Positions 11,638 to 21,807 of a stretch of DNA of 64,000 bases are shown here, piece by piece. The stretch is taken from positions 1,184,001 to 1,248,000 of the forward strand of contig CAVUMN010000004.1 of the NCBI GenBank assembly GCA_963742735.1, read 5' to 3'. Below the pieces are notes generated by a model that saw only the letters and a program-made list of their open reading frames with translations, was not told where the DNA came from and did not search any database. This DNA is from an uncultured Actinomycetes bacterium (lineage in GTDB: Bacteria > Actinomycetota > UBA4738 > JBBDTT01). Each line of letters starts with the position of its first letter. Position 1 is the first letter of the stretch. The position numbers and the translations under genes were made by a program.

Positions 11638-12615
11638 GTGACCCGACCGCGCCTGCTCCCGCTCCTGCTGGCCGCCGCCCTGTTCGCCGCGGCCTGCGAC
11701 GGCGGCGACGGGCAGGAGCCGAGCCCCTCGCCGGAGCTCAAATACTTCGCCTCGGTGGCGAGCTACGACCTGGCCGCCGACGGGCCGAACCGGGTGATGG
11801 TGGGCCTCTCCGCGTCCGACGGACGCCTCATCTCCTTCGGGTCGGTCCGGTTCGAGTTCTCGTTCCTGGGGGCGACGGCCGCGGCAGGGCCGGCCGAGCC
11901 CGGTCCCTCGGCGGAGGCCGCGTTCCTTCCGGTCCCGGGCGACGTGACCTCGGGGGAGGGCGGAACCGAGCCCGTGCTGACCTCGGCGTCCGAGGCGCGC
12001 GGGGTCTACGTCGCGCAGGAGGTGGACTTCGGGAAGCCCGGGATCTGGCACGTGGACGTCCGGCTGGACCTGGCCGGAGATGCGCGCTCGATCGGCACCG
12101 ACTTCGGGGTGGTGCCCCGGCCGGAGGTCCCCGCGGTGGGCGAGCCGGCCCTCAAGACCAAGAACCACCTCCCGGGGGAGACGGGGATCCCCCTCACGGC
12201 GATCGACTCCGGGGCCCAGGACGGCACGCTGACGGATCCACAGCTGCACCGGGAGACCGTCGCCCAGGCCATCGCCGCCCGCCGGCCGGCGCTGGTGATC
12301 TTCTCGACCCCGGTGTGGTGCGTCAGCAAGTTCTGCGGCCCGGTCACCGAGGTCGTCGCGCAGATGGCCACCGAGCACCAGGGCGACGCCGCCTTCATCC
12401 ACGTGGAGGTCTGGAAGGACTTCCAGAACACGGTCGTGAACAAGGCGGCCGCCGACTGGCTGCTCATCGAGAACCCCGGGCAGCCGCCGCAGCTCCAGGA
12501 GCCCTGGCTGTTCCTGATCGGCCGGAACGGCCGGATCCTGGCGCGCTGGGACAACGTGTTCGACCCCGCCGAGGTCGTCGAGGCCCTCGGGGACGCCACG
12601 AACGAGCCCGCCTGA
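11638..12615 (+). CDS. Lipoprotein with beta-rich N-domain and thioredoxin-like C-domain (CxxxxC)
   Basis: Lipobox AAA-C; ALVIFSTPVWCVSKFCGP, FIHVEVW, EPWLFLIGRNGRI pattern typical of a Trx fold; start could be 11620. Confidence 0.75.
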   Translation: MTRPRLLPLLLAAALFAAACDGGDGQEPSPSPELKYFASVASYDLAADGPNRVMVGLSASDGRLISFGSVRFEFSFLGATAAAGPAEPGPSAEAAFLPVPGDVTSGEGGTEPVLTSASEARGVYVAQEVDFGKPGIWHVDVRLDLAGDARSIGTDFGVVPRPEVPAVGEPALKTKNHLPGETGIPLTAIDSGAQDGTLTDPQLHRETVAQAIAARRPALVIFSTPVWCVSKFCGPVTEVVAQMATEHQGDAAFIHVEVWKDFQNTVVNKAAADWLLIENPGQPPQLQEPWLFLIGRNGRILARWDNVFDPAEVVEALGDATNEPA

Positions 12616-12647
12616 GCGCGGCCGGATTCGGCGGCGTGCACCCCCGC

Positions 12648-12656
12648 TGATAGAAT
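12648..12656 (+). promoter_or_regulatory. Extended -10 promoter (TGaTAGAAT) of the second nuo operon
   Basis: Near-consensus TGnTAnAAT upstream of nuoA2. Confidence 0.6.
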
Positions 12657-12701
12657 CCGCGCCGCTTGGGAAATCGTTCACAAGCGAACGGAAAGCGCGC
12701 A

Positions 12702-13070
12702 TTGTCGAACGAATACTTCGAGTCCTACAGCACGCTGATCGGCCTCGCCGTTGCGGGCGTGGGGCTGGTGGCCGCGGCGATCATTGCCGCGCGGATCATC
12801 GCCCCCCGGCGGCAGATCCCCGAGAAGCTCACCACCTACGAGTGCGGGATCGACCCCGTCGGTGAGGGGTGGAGCCAGAGCCAGATCCGCTACTACATCT
12901 ACGCGTTCCTGTTCGTGATCTTCGACGTGGAGAGCGTGTTCCTGTTCCCCTGGGCCGTGGTGTTCGAGGACCTGGGGGTCCAGGCGGTGGTCGAGATGGC
13001 CATCTTCATCGGCATCCTGGCACTCGGGCTGGTCTACGCATGGCGCAAGGGGGTGCTGAAGTGGGTTTGA
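12702..13070 (+). CDS. nuoA: Complex I-like subunit A (second cluster)
   Basis: [33 protein letters not shown]; TTG start after GGAAAG (alternative 12666). Confidence 0.92.
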   Translation: MSNEYFESYSTLIGLAVAGVGLVAAAIIAARIIAPRRQIPEKLTTYECGIDPVGEGWSQSQIRYYIYAFLFVIFDVESVFLFPWAVVFEDLGVQAVVEMAIFIGILALGLVYAWRKGVLKWV

Positions 13071-13567
13071 TGGAGAAGGTGCCCATGCCCCAGCCGGTCA
13101 AGTTCCTGCTCAACTGGGGGCGCCGCTATTCGCTGTGGGTGATGAACTTCGGCCTCGCGTGCTGCGCGATCGAGTTCATCGCCGCGTCCACCTCCAAGCA
13201 CGACTTCATCCGCCTCGGCGTGATCCCGTTCGCCCACGGGCCTCGCCAGGCGGACCTGCTGATCGTGGCGGGCACGCTCACCGACAAGATGGCGCCCGCC
13301 CTCAAGCGCGTGTACGAGCAGATCCCCGACCCGAAGTACGTGATCTCGTTCGGGTCCTGTTCGAACTGCGGTGGGCCGTACTGGGACTCGTACTCGGTGA
13401 CGAAGGGCGTCGATCAGTTCGTGCCGATCGACGTGTACGTCCCCGGGTGCCCGCCCCGCCCCGAGGCCCTGCTTCAGGGCATCGTGAAGCTCCAGGAGAA
13501 GATCGCAGGGGAAGACATCCGGGAGAAGTGGAGTGGCAAGCTCACCCAGCCCGCTTCGAGTCACTGA
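13070..13567 (+). CDS. nuoB: Complex I-like subunit B (second cluster)
   Basis: [33 protein letters not shown] (N2 cluster). Confidence 0.95.
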   Translation: MEKVPMPQPVKFLLNWGRRYSLWVMNFGLACCAIEFIAASTSKHDFIRLGVIPFAHGPRQADLLIVAGTLTDKMAPALKRVYEQIPDPKYVISFGSCSNCGGPYWDSYSVTKGVDQFVPIDVYVPGCPPRPEALLQGIVKLQEKIAGEDIREKWSGKLTQPASSH

Positions 13568-14045
13568 AGTCGCCGAGCGCCTGAAGGCGCAGTTCGGCGA
13601 CGACATCTCGGAGCTCGAGGACTCGTTCGGCCACGTCGTCGCGACGGTGGCCGCCTCGCGCTACCGCGAGCTCGCCGTCCTGGTCCGCGACGACCAGGGC
13701 ATCGGCTGTGACTTCTTCGACTTCACCACCGCCGTCGACCGCAAGGAGGAGGGGATCGACGTCGTCACCCACGTGACGAACAGCCGGACGTCGGTCGGCG
13801 TCCGGATCAAGGTCCGCCTGCCCGCCGAGAACCCCTCGATCGCCACCCTCTCCGACGTGTGGCCGGGGGCGGACTGGCACGAGCGAGAGACCTGCGAGCT
13901 CTTCGGCGTGGACTTCGAGGGTCATCCGCACCTGGTGAAGCTCGTGCTCCCCGAGCAGTTCGAGGGCCACCCCCTGCTGAAGTCCTTCGAGCTGATGAGC
14001 CGCGTCGCCAAGCCCTGGCCGGGGGATACGGAGCTTCCGGATTGA
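13533..14045 (+). CDS. nuoC: Complex I-like subunit C (second cluster)
   Basis: [29 protein letters not shown]; exact start uncertain. Confidence 0.9.
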   Translation: MASSPSPLRVTEVAERLKAQFGDDISELEDSFGHVVATVAASRYRELAVLVRDDQGIGCDFFDFTTAVDRKEEGIDVVTHVTNSRTSVGVRIKVRLPAENPSIATLSDVWPGADWHERETCELFGVDFEGHPHLVKLVLPEQFEGHPLLKSFELMSRVAKPWPGDTELPD

Positions 14046-15043
14046 TCGCCCAGTCGGCCATCGACAACCTGATCGGTGGGTGGTGGCTCCCCCTCATCCT
14101 GAAGGTGGCGGCCGTCCTGTTCGTGTTCCTGACCGCGCCGCTGGGCGTGGGCTACATGGAGCACAAGGTCCTGGCCCACATGCAGGCCCGCCTGGGGCCC
14201 ATGGAGGCCGGCCGGTTCCACGGCTGGGCGCAGCTCATCGCCGACGGGGTGAAGTTCATCCAGAAGGAGGACGTCATCCCGCGGGCGGCCGACCGATGGA
14301 CGTTCACGCTGGCGCCGGCCGTGGTCCTGGTCCCGACGATCATGATCTTCATCGTCCTGCCGTTCGGGCAGGACTTCTACGCGGTGAACTTCGATCTGGG
14401 TCTGTTCTTCGCCCTGGCCATGTCGTCGGTCTCCGTGATCGGGATCATGATGGCCGGCTGGTCCAGCGCCAATAAGTTCTCGCTGATCGGCGCGCTGCGG
14501 GCCGCGGCCCAGCTCATCGCGTACGAGCTCCCGATGATCCTCGCCGCGGTGAGCATCGCGATGCTCGCCGGGACGCTCTCGCTGGTCGGCATCTCGGAGG
14601 CCCAGAGCTCCTACTGGTACGTGATCGTCCAGCCCGTGGGCTTCGTCATCTTCCTGATGGCCGCGGTCGCGGAGATGTCCCGGCCGCCCTTCGACATGCC
14701 GATCGCCGACTCCGAGATCATCTTCGGCGCCTACACCGAGTACACCGGCATGAAGTTCGCGTTCCTCCTTCTCACCGAGTACGCGGGGATCGTCGTGTGG
14801 TCGGGGATCGCCAGCGTGCTGTTCCTGGGGGGCTACCAGCCGCTTCCGGGCCTGGACTTCATCCCCGGGTGGATGTGGATGTTCGGCAAGATCAACGGCC
14901 TGGCGTTCTTCATCGTGTGGCTGCGGGCGACGTACCCCCGGCTGCGCGAGGACCAGCTCCAGCGGTTCTCCTGGATCGGCCTCATCCCGCTCGCCCTGGC
15001 CAACATCCTGGTCACGGCCCTCGTGAAGGTGCTGGTGAAGTAG
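14042..15043 (+). CDS. nuoH: Complex I-like subunit H (second cluster)
   Basis: [49 protein letters not shown]; TTGA overlap with nuoC2. Confidence 0.93.
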   Translation: MIAQSAIDNLIGGWWLPLILKVAAVLFVFLTAPLGVGYMEHKVLAHMQARLGPMEAGRFHGWAQLIADGVKFIQKEDVIPRAADRWTFTLAPAVVLVPTIMIFIVLPFGQDFYAVNFDLGLFFALAMSSVSVIGIMMAGWSSANKFSLIGALRAAAQLIAYELPMILAAVSIAMLAGTLSLVGISEAQSSYWYVIVQPVGFVIFLMAAVAEMSRPPFDMPIADSEIIFGAYTEYTGMKFAFLLLTEYAGIVVWSGIASVLFLGGYQPLPGLDFIPGWMWMFGKINGLAFFIVWLRATYPRLREDQLQRFSWIGLIPLALANILVTALVKVLVK

Positions 15044-15045
15044 CG

Positions 15046-15933
15046 ATGCAGACCGACCAGACGCGCGGCGCCGGCGGCAACGGCCACGGGACGCCCGAGC
15101 AGCCCCTCAAGCCGCTCATCCCCGGCACCGGCCTGATCAAGGGCCTGCTGGTCACGCTGCGGACCATGCTCAAGCGCTCGGTCACCCAGCAGTACCCCCG
15201 CGTCAAGCCCGAGCTCCCGCCGCGGACCCGCGGCGTCATCGCCCTGAAGCAGGAGAACTGCACGGTCTGCTACAAGTGCTCGCGCGAGTGCCCCGACTGG
15301 TGCATCTACATCGACGCCCACAAGGAGACGCACGAGCCGGCCGGCGGCGGCCGCGGGCGGTCCGCCAAGGTCCTCGACCGCTTCGACATCGACTTCTCGC
15401 TGTGCATGTACTGCGGCATCTGCATCGAGGTCTGCCCGTTCGACGCGCTGTTCTGGACCCCGGAGTTCGAGTACTCCGAGTACCGCATCGAGGACCTGCT
15501 CCACGAGAAGGAGAAGCTGCAGGACTGGACCTACACCGTGTTGCCGCCTCCCGACCTCGAGCTGGGGGCGGAGGTGGAGGCAGAGGCAGAGAAGGAAACG
15601 GAGGCACCGGCGGCCCAACCCGCCCCGCCTGCGGCCGCCGTTCCAGTTGCCGCCGCTCCGGCGACCACGGAAGCTGCCGCACCCGCCGCGCCAGCCACGG
15701 CGGAGGCTCCGGCCGCTGAGGCTGAGCCTGCCGCTCCTCCCGAGGCTCCGGCGGCCCCTGCGGCGCCCGCAGCACCGGCGGCTCCCCGTCCCCACGTTGA
15801 ACCTGACCAGGAGACCTACGAGCGCGTCCTGGCGGACCTGCTCGCCAAGGGGACCGACAAGCGGGTGGCGGAGGGCAAGGCCAAGTCGGCGGCGATCCAG
15901 GCCGCCCGCAAGAAGGCGGAGGGCGGCGAGTGA
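15046..15933 (+). CDS. nuoI: Complex I-like subunit I with Ala/Pro-rich linker and extra C-terminal helical domain
   Basis: [12 protein letters not shown] and [12 protein letters not shown]; about 120 aa C-terminal extension. Confidence 0.9.
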   Translation: MQTDQTRGAGGNGHGTPEQPLKPLIPGTGLIKGLLVTLRTMLKRSVTQQYPRVKPELPPRTRGVIALKQENCTVCYKCSRECPDWCIYIDAHKETHEPAGGGRGRSAKVLDRFDIDFSLCMYCGICIEVCPFDALFWTPEFEYSEYRIEDLLHEKEKLQDWTYTVLPPPDLELGAEVEAEAEKETEAPAAQPAPPAAAVPVAAAPATTEAAAPAAPATAEAPAAEAEPAAPPEAPAAPAAPAAPAAPRPHVEPDQETYERVLADLLAKGTDKRVAEGKAKSAAIQAARKKAEGGE

Positions 15934-16439
15934 ACGCCCGCGAGATCGTCTTCGTGATCCTGGCCGTCATCGGAGGCGTCGGCGCCGTCCGGCTCGTCAC
16001 GGCCAAGAACGTCGTGCACGCCGCCCTGAACCTGGTGGTCACGCTGGCCATGGTCGCCGGGGTCTACCTGCTGCTGGCCGCCGAGTTCGTGGCCTGGGTC
16101 CAGGTGCTGATCTACGTCGGCGCGATCGTCGTGCTGCTGCTGTTCAGCCTGATGCTCACCAAGGCCCCGATCGGCCGTGAGGCCCTCGACAACCAGCAGC
16201 GCGGCGTCGCGGCGGTCGTCGCCGCGGCCGTCCTGGCCGGCCTGGGCTACGTCATCCGCGACGCCTTCCACGGCGAGTCGATCGCCCTGGACACGGTCAC
16301 CACCGGCGACGTGGGCCTGTCGCTGTTCCGGTCCTACGTCCTGCCGTTCGAGGTCGTCTCGTTCCTGCTGCTGGCCGCCCTGATCGGCGCGATCGTCATC
16401 GCCCGCAAGGACGAGCCCACCGAGCCGGGGCGCCGATGA
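15930..16439 (+). CDS. nuoJ: Complex I-like subunit J (second cluster)
   Basis: [30 protein letters not shown]. Confidence 0.93.
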   Translation: MNAREIVFVILAVIGGVGAVRLVTAKNVVHAALNLVVTLAMVAGVYLLLAAEFVAWVQVLIYVGAIVVLLLFSLMLTKAPIGREALDNQQRGVAAVVAAAVLAGLGYVIRDAFHGESIALDTVTTGDVGLSLFRSYVLPFEVVSFLLLAALIGAIVIARKDEPTEPGRR

Positions 16440-16744
16440 TCGACCTCCCCCTCGTCCTGATCTTCTCGGCCTTCCTGTTCTCCTGCGGGGTGTTCGGGGT
16501 GCTGGCTCGGCGCAACGCGGTGCTGGTCCTCATGTCTATCGAGCTGATGCTGAACGCCGTCAACGTGAACCTGGTGGCGTTCTCGCAGTACCTGAAGGAC
16601 GGGCTGATCGGCGGACAGATCTTCGCCCTGTTCGTGATCGCCGTCGCCGCGGCGGAGGTCGGCATCGGCCTCGCGATCGTGATCCTCATCTTCCGCAACC
16701 GCGAGACGGTGAACGTCGACGAGGTCAACCTCCTGAAATGGTGA
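16436..16744 (+). CDS. nuoK: Complex I-like subunit K (second cluster)
   Basis: [26 protein letters not shown]. Confidence 0.95.
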   Translation: MIDLPLVLIFSAFLFSCGVFGVLARRNAVLVLMSIELMLNAVNVNLVAFSQYLKDGLIGGQIFALFVIAVAAAEVGIGLAIVILIFRNRETVNVDEVNLLKW

Positions 16745-16760
16745 GCCCGGAGCCGCGCCC

Positions 16761-18695
16761 GTGATGGACAACGCCTGGCTGATCCCACTGTTCCCGCTGG
16801 GGGCGTTCTTCCTCATCCTGTTCTTCGGCAAGAAGCTCCCCGGCAGGGGCGCTCCGATCGGGATCGCGGCGATCGCCGCCTCGTTCGTCATCTCCGTGAT
16901 GGTGCTGTTGGACGTCGCCCGCGGCGCCGAGAACGTGGAGCGTTCCATCGAGTGGTTCTCGGTAGGGAGCTTCCGCCTGGAGCTGGGGATGGCCATCGAC
17001 GGGCTTGCCGCCGTGATGTTCGTCGTGGTCACCACGGTCTCGCTGTGCGTCCAGGTGTACTCGCTCGGCTACATGCACGGGGACCAGCGGTACACGTGGT
17101 TCTATGCCGTGCTGTCGCTGTTCACGGCGGCGATGCTGAACGTCGTCATCGCGAACAACCTCTTCCAGCTTCTGGTGGGCTGGGAGGTCATGGGGGTCTG
17201 CTCCTACTTCCTGATCGGTCACTGGTGGGAGGAGAAGACCAACTCCGACGCCTCGATCAAGGCGTTCATCGTGACTCGAACCGGAGACATCCCCTTCCTG
17301 TTCGGGATCTTCGTGCTGACGGTGGCGGCCGGGTTCGACACCAACATCGGCCACATCACCGAGCTTGCCGAGCACGGGGAGATCCCCCAGTTTCTGCTGA
17401 CCGCCGGGGCGCTGCTTCTGTTCGGGGGCGCGATCGGCAAGTCCGCGCAGTTCCCCCTGCACGTGTGGCTCCCCGACGCCATGGCCGGACCCACGCCCGT
17501 CTCCGCCCTGATCCACGCGGCGACGATGGTCGCCGCCGGCGTCTATCTCGTCGGCCGCCTGTTCCTGGTCTTCATCCACGCCGGCGCCGTGACCCTGCAG
17601 TTCGTCTCGATCATCGCGTCGATCACCATGCTCATCGCCGCCCTGCTGGCCATCGTTCAGGACGACCTCAAACGGGTCCTGGCGTACTCGACCGTGTCCC
17701 AGCTCGCCTACATGGTGGCCGGGCTCTCGCTCGGCGAGGCCGGCTACACGGCGGGGCTGTTCCACCTGTTTACGCACGCGTTCTTCAAGGCCCTGCTGTT
17801 CCTCGGGGCGGGATCGGTGATCCACGCGGTCCACTCGAACAACATGAGCGAGATGGGCGGGCTGCGATCGAAGATGCCCATCACGTTCTGGACGTTTCTC
17901 ATCGGCTCGGCAGCCCTCGCCGGCATCCCGCCTCTGGCCGGGTTCTGGTCCAAGGACGAGATCCTCACGGTCGCGTTCGAGGGCAAGCACTATCTGGTGT
18001 GGGGCGTCGCGGCGCTGACCGCGATCCTCACCGCCTTCTATATGACCCGCGCGGTCCTGATGACCTTCTACGGGACGTACCGGGGTCACGGCGAGCCGCA
18101 CGAGTCGCCGCGCACGATCACCGGCCCGCTCGTCGCCCTGGCGGGACTCGCCGCCGTCGCCGGGCTGCTCAACGCGGCGCCGTTCGGCTGGCACGCGTTC
18201 TCGGACTGGGTGTTCGTGGGCCACGAGGCGCACCACGGCGAGTTCAACTACGGGATCGCCGGCTTCTCGGTCATCGCCGCGCTCGCGGCGATCGCGTTCG
18301 GCTATCGCCTCTACGCCACGTGGCGGGAGCGCGATCCCGTCCGCGCGCTCGGTCCCGTGTACACGCTCCTCGAGAACAAGTACTACCTGGACGACATCTA
18401 CATGAAGGGCATCGTCCGGCCCATCCAGTACAAGCTCTCCGCCGCCACGAATTGGTTCAATCAGCACGTGCTCGACGGGATCGTCCACGGCACCGCGGCG
18501 CTGGCCCGCGGCCTGGCCGGGGCCGTGAACGTGGTCGACAAACGCGTCGTCGACGGCGCGGTGAACGGCGCCGCGGGGCTCACCGGCTTCACCGGCGGCC
18601 TCCTTCGCTACCTGCAGACCGGCAACGTGCAGCGGTACGCCGTGTTCCTGTTCGCCGGCGTGGTGATCATGGCCATCGTCTTCACGAGACTCTGA
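16761..18695 (+). CDS. nuoL: Complex I-like subunit L (second cluster)
   Basis: [41 protein letters not shown]. Confidence 0.95.
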   Translation: MMDNAWLIPLFPLGAFFLILFFGKKLPGRGAPIGIAAIAASFVISVMVLLDVARGAENVERSIEWFSVGSFRLELGMAIDGLAAVMFVVVTTVSLCVQVYSLGYMHGDQRYTWFYAVLSLFTAAMLNVVIANNLFQLLVGWEVMGVCSYFLIGHWWEEKTNSDASIKAFIVTRTGDIPFLFGIFVLTVAAGFDTNIGHITELAEHGEIPQFLLTAGALLLFGGAIGKSAQFPLHVWLPDAMAGPTPVSALIHAATMVAAGVYLVGRLFLVFIHAGAVTLQFVSIIASITMLIAALLAIVQDDLKRVLAYSTVSQLAYMVAGLSLGEAGYTAGLFHLFTHAFFKALLFLGAGSVIHAVHSNNMSEMGGLRSKMPITFWTFLIGSAALAGIPPLAGFWSKDEILTVAFEGKHYLVWGVAALTAILTAFYMTRAVLMTFYGTYRGHGEPHESPRTITGPLVALAGLAAVAGLLNAAPFGWHAFSDWVFVGHEAHHGEFNYGIAGFSVIAALAAIAFGYRLYATWRERDPVRALGPVYTLLENKYYLDDIYMKGIVRPIQYKLSAATNWFNQHVLDGIVHGTAALARGLAGAVNVVDKRVVDGAVNGAAGLTGFTGGLLRYLQTGNVQRYAVFLFAGVVIMAIVFTRL

Positions 18696-18735
18696 CGGAA
18701 AGGGACCCGATGACCGACCGGAAGGGATACGCCCG

Positions 18736-20268
18736 ATGACCTGGTTCGACGAGTGGTCGATCTCGCTCGCCGTGTTCCTGCCGGTGGTGGGCGCGGTCGC
18801 GGTCGCGATGGTCCCCAAGGAGCGCGACCGCGTGGTCCGCGCCATGTTCCTGCTGTTCACGGCGGCCCCGCTCCTGGTCGCCACGATCATCGCGTTCAAG
18901 TTCGACTACGGAGCCGGCGGCGCGTTCGGCCGGGGGAGCGGCCTGCAGTTCGAGGCGAACGTGAGCTGGATCGAGGCGTTCGGGGCCCGGTATCACGTCG
19001 GCCTCGACGGGATCAGCCTCCCGCTGTTCGTCCTGACGTTCCTGCTCACGTTCCTGTGCGCGATCTACACGTGGAAGTGGCTCCCGGAGCCGGGGCGGCC
19101 CAAGGCGTTCGTCGCCCTCATCATGCTCCTGGAGACCGGGATGGCCGGCACGTTCGTGGCCTTCGACCTGGTCCTGTTCTTCGTGTTCTGGGAGCTGGTC
19201 CTGGTCCCGATGTATTTCCTCATCGGGGTGTGGGGCGGGCCCAACCGCGAGTACGCGGCCATCAAGTTCTTCCTGTACACGGTGTTCGGGAGCGTGTTCA
19301 TGCTCCTGGGGTTCCTGGCGATGTTCTTCCGGTCTGACCCCCACACGTTCGACATCATCCAGCTGCAGCAGGCCGGCTTCGAGCCCGGGCTGCAGAACCT
19401 GATCTTCGCGGGCCTGTTCCTGGGCTTCGCCATCAAGGTCCCGATGTGGCCGTTCCACACGTGGCTTCCCGACGCCCATACCGAGGCGCCCACCGTGGGC
19501 TCGGTCCTGCTGGCCGGGATCCTGCTGAAGATGGGGACCTACGGGTTCGTGCGGATCGCCCTGCCGCTGCTGCCCGACGCGGCCCGCGCGTGGGCCCCGT
19601 GGATCGGGATCCTGGCGGCGATCGCCATCGTCTACGCGGCCCTGGCCTGCCTGGCCCAACGCAACATCAAACGATTGATCGCGTTCTCCTCCGTGGGCCA
19701 CATGGGCTTCGTCATGCTCGGCATCGCCACCCTCACCGAGATCGGGATCAGCGCGGCCGTCTACAACATGGTGGCCCACGGGATCATCACCGGCATGCTG
19801 TTCTTCGTGGCCGGCTCCATCAAGGAGCGCTACCACGTCTACGAGATCGAGGAGATCGGCGGCGGCATGCTCCAGAAGCTGCCCTACCTCGCCGGGATCC
19901 TCACGTTCACCGCGATCGCCTCGCTCGGGCTGCCCGGGCTCGCCGGGTTCTGGGGTGAGGTCATGGCGCTGCTGTCCTCGTACAGCCCGGCCGAGGGCCT
20001 GTCCCTGACCCTGTTCCGCACCCTGATGGTGGCCGGGGGCATCGGAACGATCCTGACGGCCGGCTACTTCCTGTGGATGCTCCAGCGGGTCAATCTCGGG
20101 ACGGTCCCGGACCAATGGGCCGGCAAGCCCCTCGCCGACGTGAACTCCATGGAGTGGGCGTCGTGGACGCCGCTGCTGGCGGGGATCCTGCTGCTCGGCG
20201 TGTTCCCGCGGGTGGTCTTCGGCGTGACGAACGAGGCGGTCTCCGGCCTGATCCGGTTGCTGACCTGA
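18736..20268 (+). CDS. nuoM: Complex I-like subunit M (second cluster)
   Basis: GLDGIS, KVPMWPFHTWLPDAHTEAP, LKMGTYG. Confidence 0.95.
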   Translation: MTWFDEWSISLAVFLPVVGAVAVAMVPKERDRVVRAMFLLFTAAPLLVATIIAFKFDYGAGGAFGRGSGLQFEANVSWIEAFGARYHVGLDGISLPLFVLTFLLTFLCAIYTWKWLPEPGRPKAFVALIMLLETGMAGTFVAFDLVLFFVFWELVLVPMYFLIGVWGGPNREYAAIKFFLYTVFGSVFMLLGFLAMFFRSDPHTFDIIQLQQAGFEPGLQNLIFAGLFLGFAIKVPMWPFHTWLPDAHTEAPTVGSVLLAGILLKMGTYGFVRIALPLLPDAARAWAPWIGILAAIAIVYAALACLAQRNIKRLIAFSSVGHMGFVMLGIATLTEIGISAAVYNMVAHGIITGMLFFVAGSIKERYHVYEIEEIGGGMLQKLPYLAGILTFTAIASLGLPGLAGFWGEVMALLSSYSPAEGLSLTLFRTLMVAGGIGTILTAGYFLWMLQRVNLGTVPDQWAGKPLADVNSMEWASWTPLLAGILLLGVFPRVVFGVTNEAVSGLIRLLT

Positions 20269-21719
20269 TGCCCCAGATCGACTACCACGCGATCCTGCCG
20301 GAGCTCGTGCTGTCGGGCACGATCTTCCTGGTGCTCGCCGTGGACCTGGCGCTGCCGCCGCACCGCAAGTGGTGGGCCATGCCGATCTCGTTCCTGGGAA
20401 CCTCCGCCGCGCTGGTCGCCACCCTCACCCTGATCGGTTCGGACCGCGTCACGTTCGGAACCTACGTCATCGACAACTTCGCGGTGCTGTTCAAGGTGTT
20501 CTTCCTGGTGACCGCCCTGATCGTGCTGCTGCTGTCGCAGCGGTACTTCCAGGAGGGCCGCTACTACCAGGGCGAGTACTACTTCCTGCTCCTGTCGGCG
20601 TTCCTGGGCATGCTCACCATGCCGTCCTCGCGTGACCTGCTGATGTTGTTCATCTCCCTGGAGCTGGTCTCGGCTCCGGCGTTCCTGATGGCGGGGCTGC
20701 GCAAGCGGGACCCGAGGTCCAACGAGGCCGCCCTGAAGTTCTTCCTGATCGGCGTGCTGTCCACCGCGGTGATGCTCTACGGCATGAGCCTGATCTACGG
20801 GGTGACGGGGACGATCACCCTCGCCGGCATCCGCGAGGGCCTGGCCGGGGCCGCCGGCGACAGCCCGCTCGCCCTCGCCGCAATCCTGTTCGTGGTGGTC
20901 GGGTTCGCGTTCAAGGTCAGCGCCGTGCCGTTCCAGTTCTGGGCGCCGGACACCTACGAGGGCTCCCCGGTCCCGGTCGCCGCGTTCCTCTCGGTCAGCT
21001 CGAAGGCCGCCGGGTTCGCCGGCCTGCTCCAGCTGATGTTCGTCGCGTTCGCGCCCCAGGCCGCGTTCTGGACTCCCATCTTCGCCTTCCTCTCGGTGGC
21101 GACCATGAGCATCGGCAACCTGGTCGCCCTGCAGCAGCGCCAGGTGGTCCGGCTGTTCGCGTACTCGAGCATCGCCCAGAGCGGCTACATGCTGCTCCCG
21201 TTCGCCCTGGCCGGCGTTTCCCCCTCGATCGACCAGGCGGCGTTCGCCGCCTCCGTCTTCTACATCCTGGTGTACGCGGTGATGAACCTCGGCGCGTTCG
21301 GCGTGCTGGTGGCGGTGAGCCGGGAGGCCCCCGGTCTGCTCATCCAGGACTTTGCCGGGCTGTCCCGCCGCGCCCCGGCGATGACCGGCGCGATGATCCT
21401 GTTCCTGGTGTCCCTGGCCGGCATCCCGTTCTTCGCGGCCGGCTTCTGGGGCAAGTTCTTCATCTTCAGTGCGGCCGTCGACGCGAACCAGGCCTGGCTC
21501 GCGATCGTCATGGTCGTGAACTCCGTGATCTCGGTCGTGTACTACATGGCGATCGCGAAGCAGATGATGTTCGTGGACGTCGAGGGGGCCAAGCCGCTGC
21601 GCGTGCCACGCCTGGTCACCGCGGTCATCGGGCTGAGCGCGCTGACGATCATCGCCGTCGGGATCTTCCCGGACCTGTTCGCGCACTTCCCTCCGCTGTC
21701 GACCCTGGTCGCGCGCTAG
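20268..21719 (+). CDS. nuoN: Complex I-like subunit N (second cluster)
   Basis: EAALKFFLIG, FKVSAVPFQFWAPDTYEG, AYSSIAQSGY; ATG overlaps nuoM2 TGA. Confidence 0.93.
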   Translation: MPQIDYHAILPELVLSGTIFLVLAVDLALPPHRKWWAMPISFLGTSAALVATLTLIGSDRVTFGTYVIDNFAVLFKVFFLVTALIVLLLSQRYFQEGRYYQGEYYFLLLSAFLGMLTMPSSRDLLMLFISLELVSAPAFLMAGLRKRDPRSNEAALKFFLIGVLSTAVMLYGMSLIYGVTGTITLAGIREGLAGAAGDSPLALAAILFVVVGFAFKVSAVPFQFWAPDTYEGSPVPVAAFLSVSSKAAGFAGLLQLMFVAFAPQAAFWTPIFAFLSVATMSIGNLVALQQRQVVRLFAYSSIAQSGYMLLPFALAGVSPSIDQAAFAASVFYILVYAVMNLGAFGVLVAVSREAPGLLIQDFAGLSRRAPAMTGAMILFLVSLAGIPFFAAGFWGKFFIFSAAVDANQAWLAIVMVVNSVISVVYYMAIAKQMMFVDVEGAKPLRVPRLVTAVIGLSALTIIAVGIFPDLFAHFPPLSTLVAR

Positions 21720-21723
21720 CTCA

Positions 21724-21740
21724 GCCCCCGCTCCGGGGGC
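21724..21740 (+). terminator. GC hairpin after nuoN2 (possible terminator without U-tract)
   Basis: GCCCCCG-ctc-CGGGGGC immediately after the stop codon. Confidence 0.4.
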
Positions 21741-21807
21741 CCTCGAAATCCGGTCGTGCCCGGTACCCTGGGTAGTACTGGACGTGCTCTCCGAAGGAGC
21801 GAGGAAC

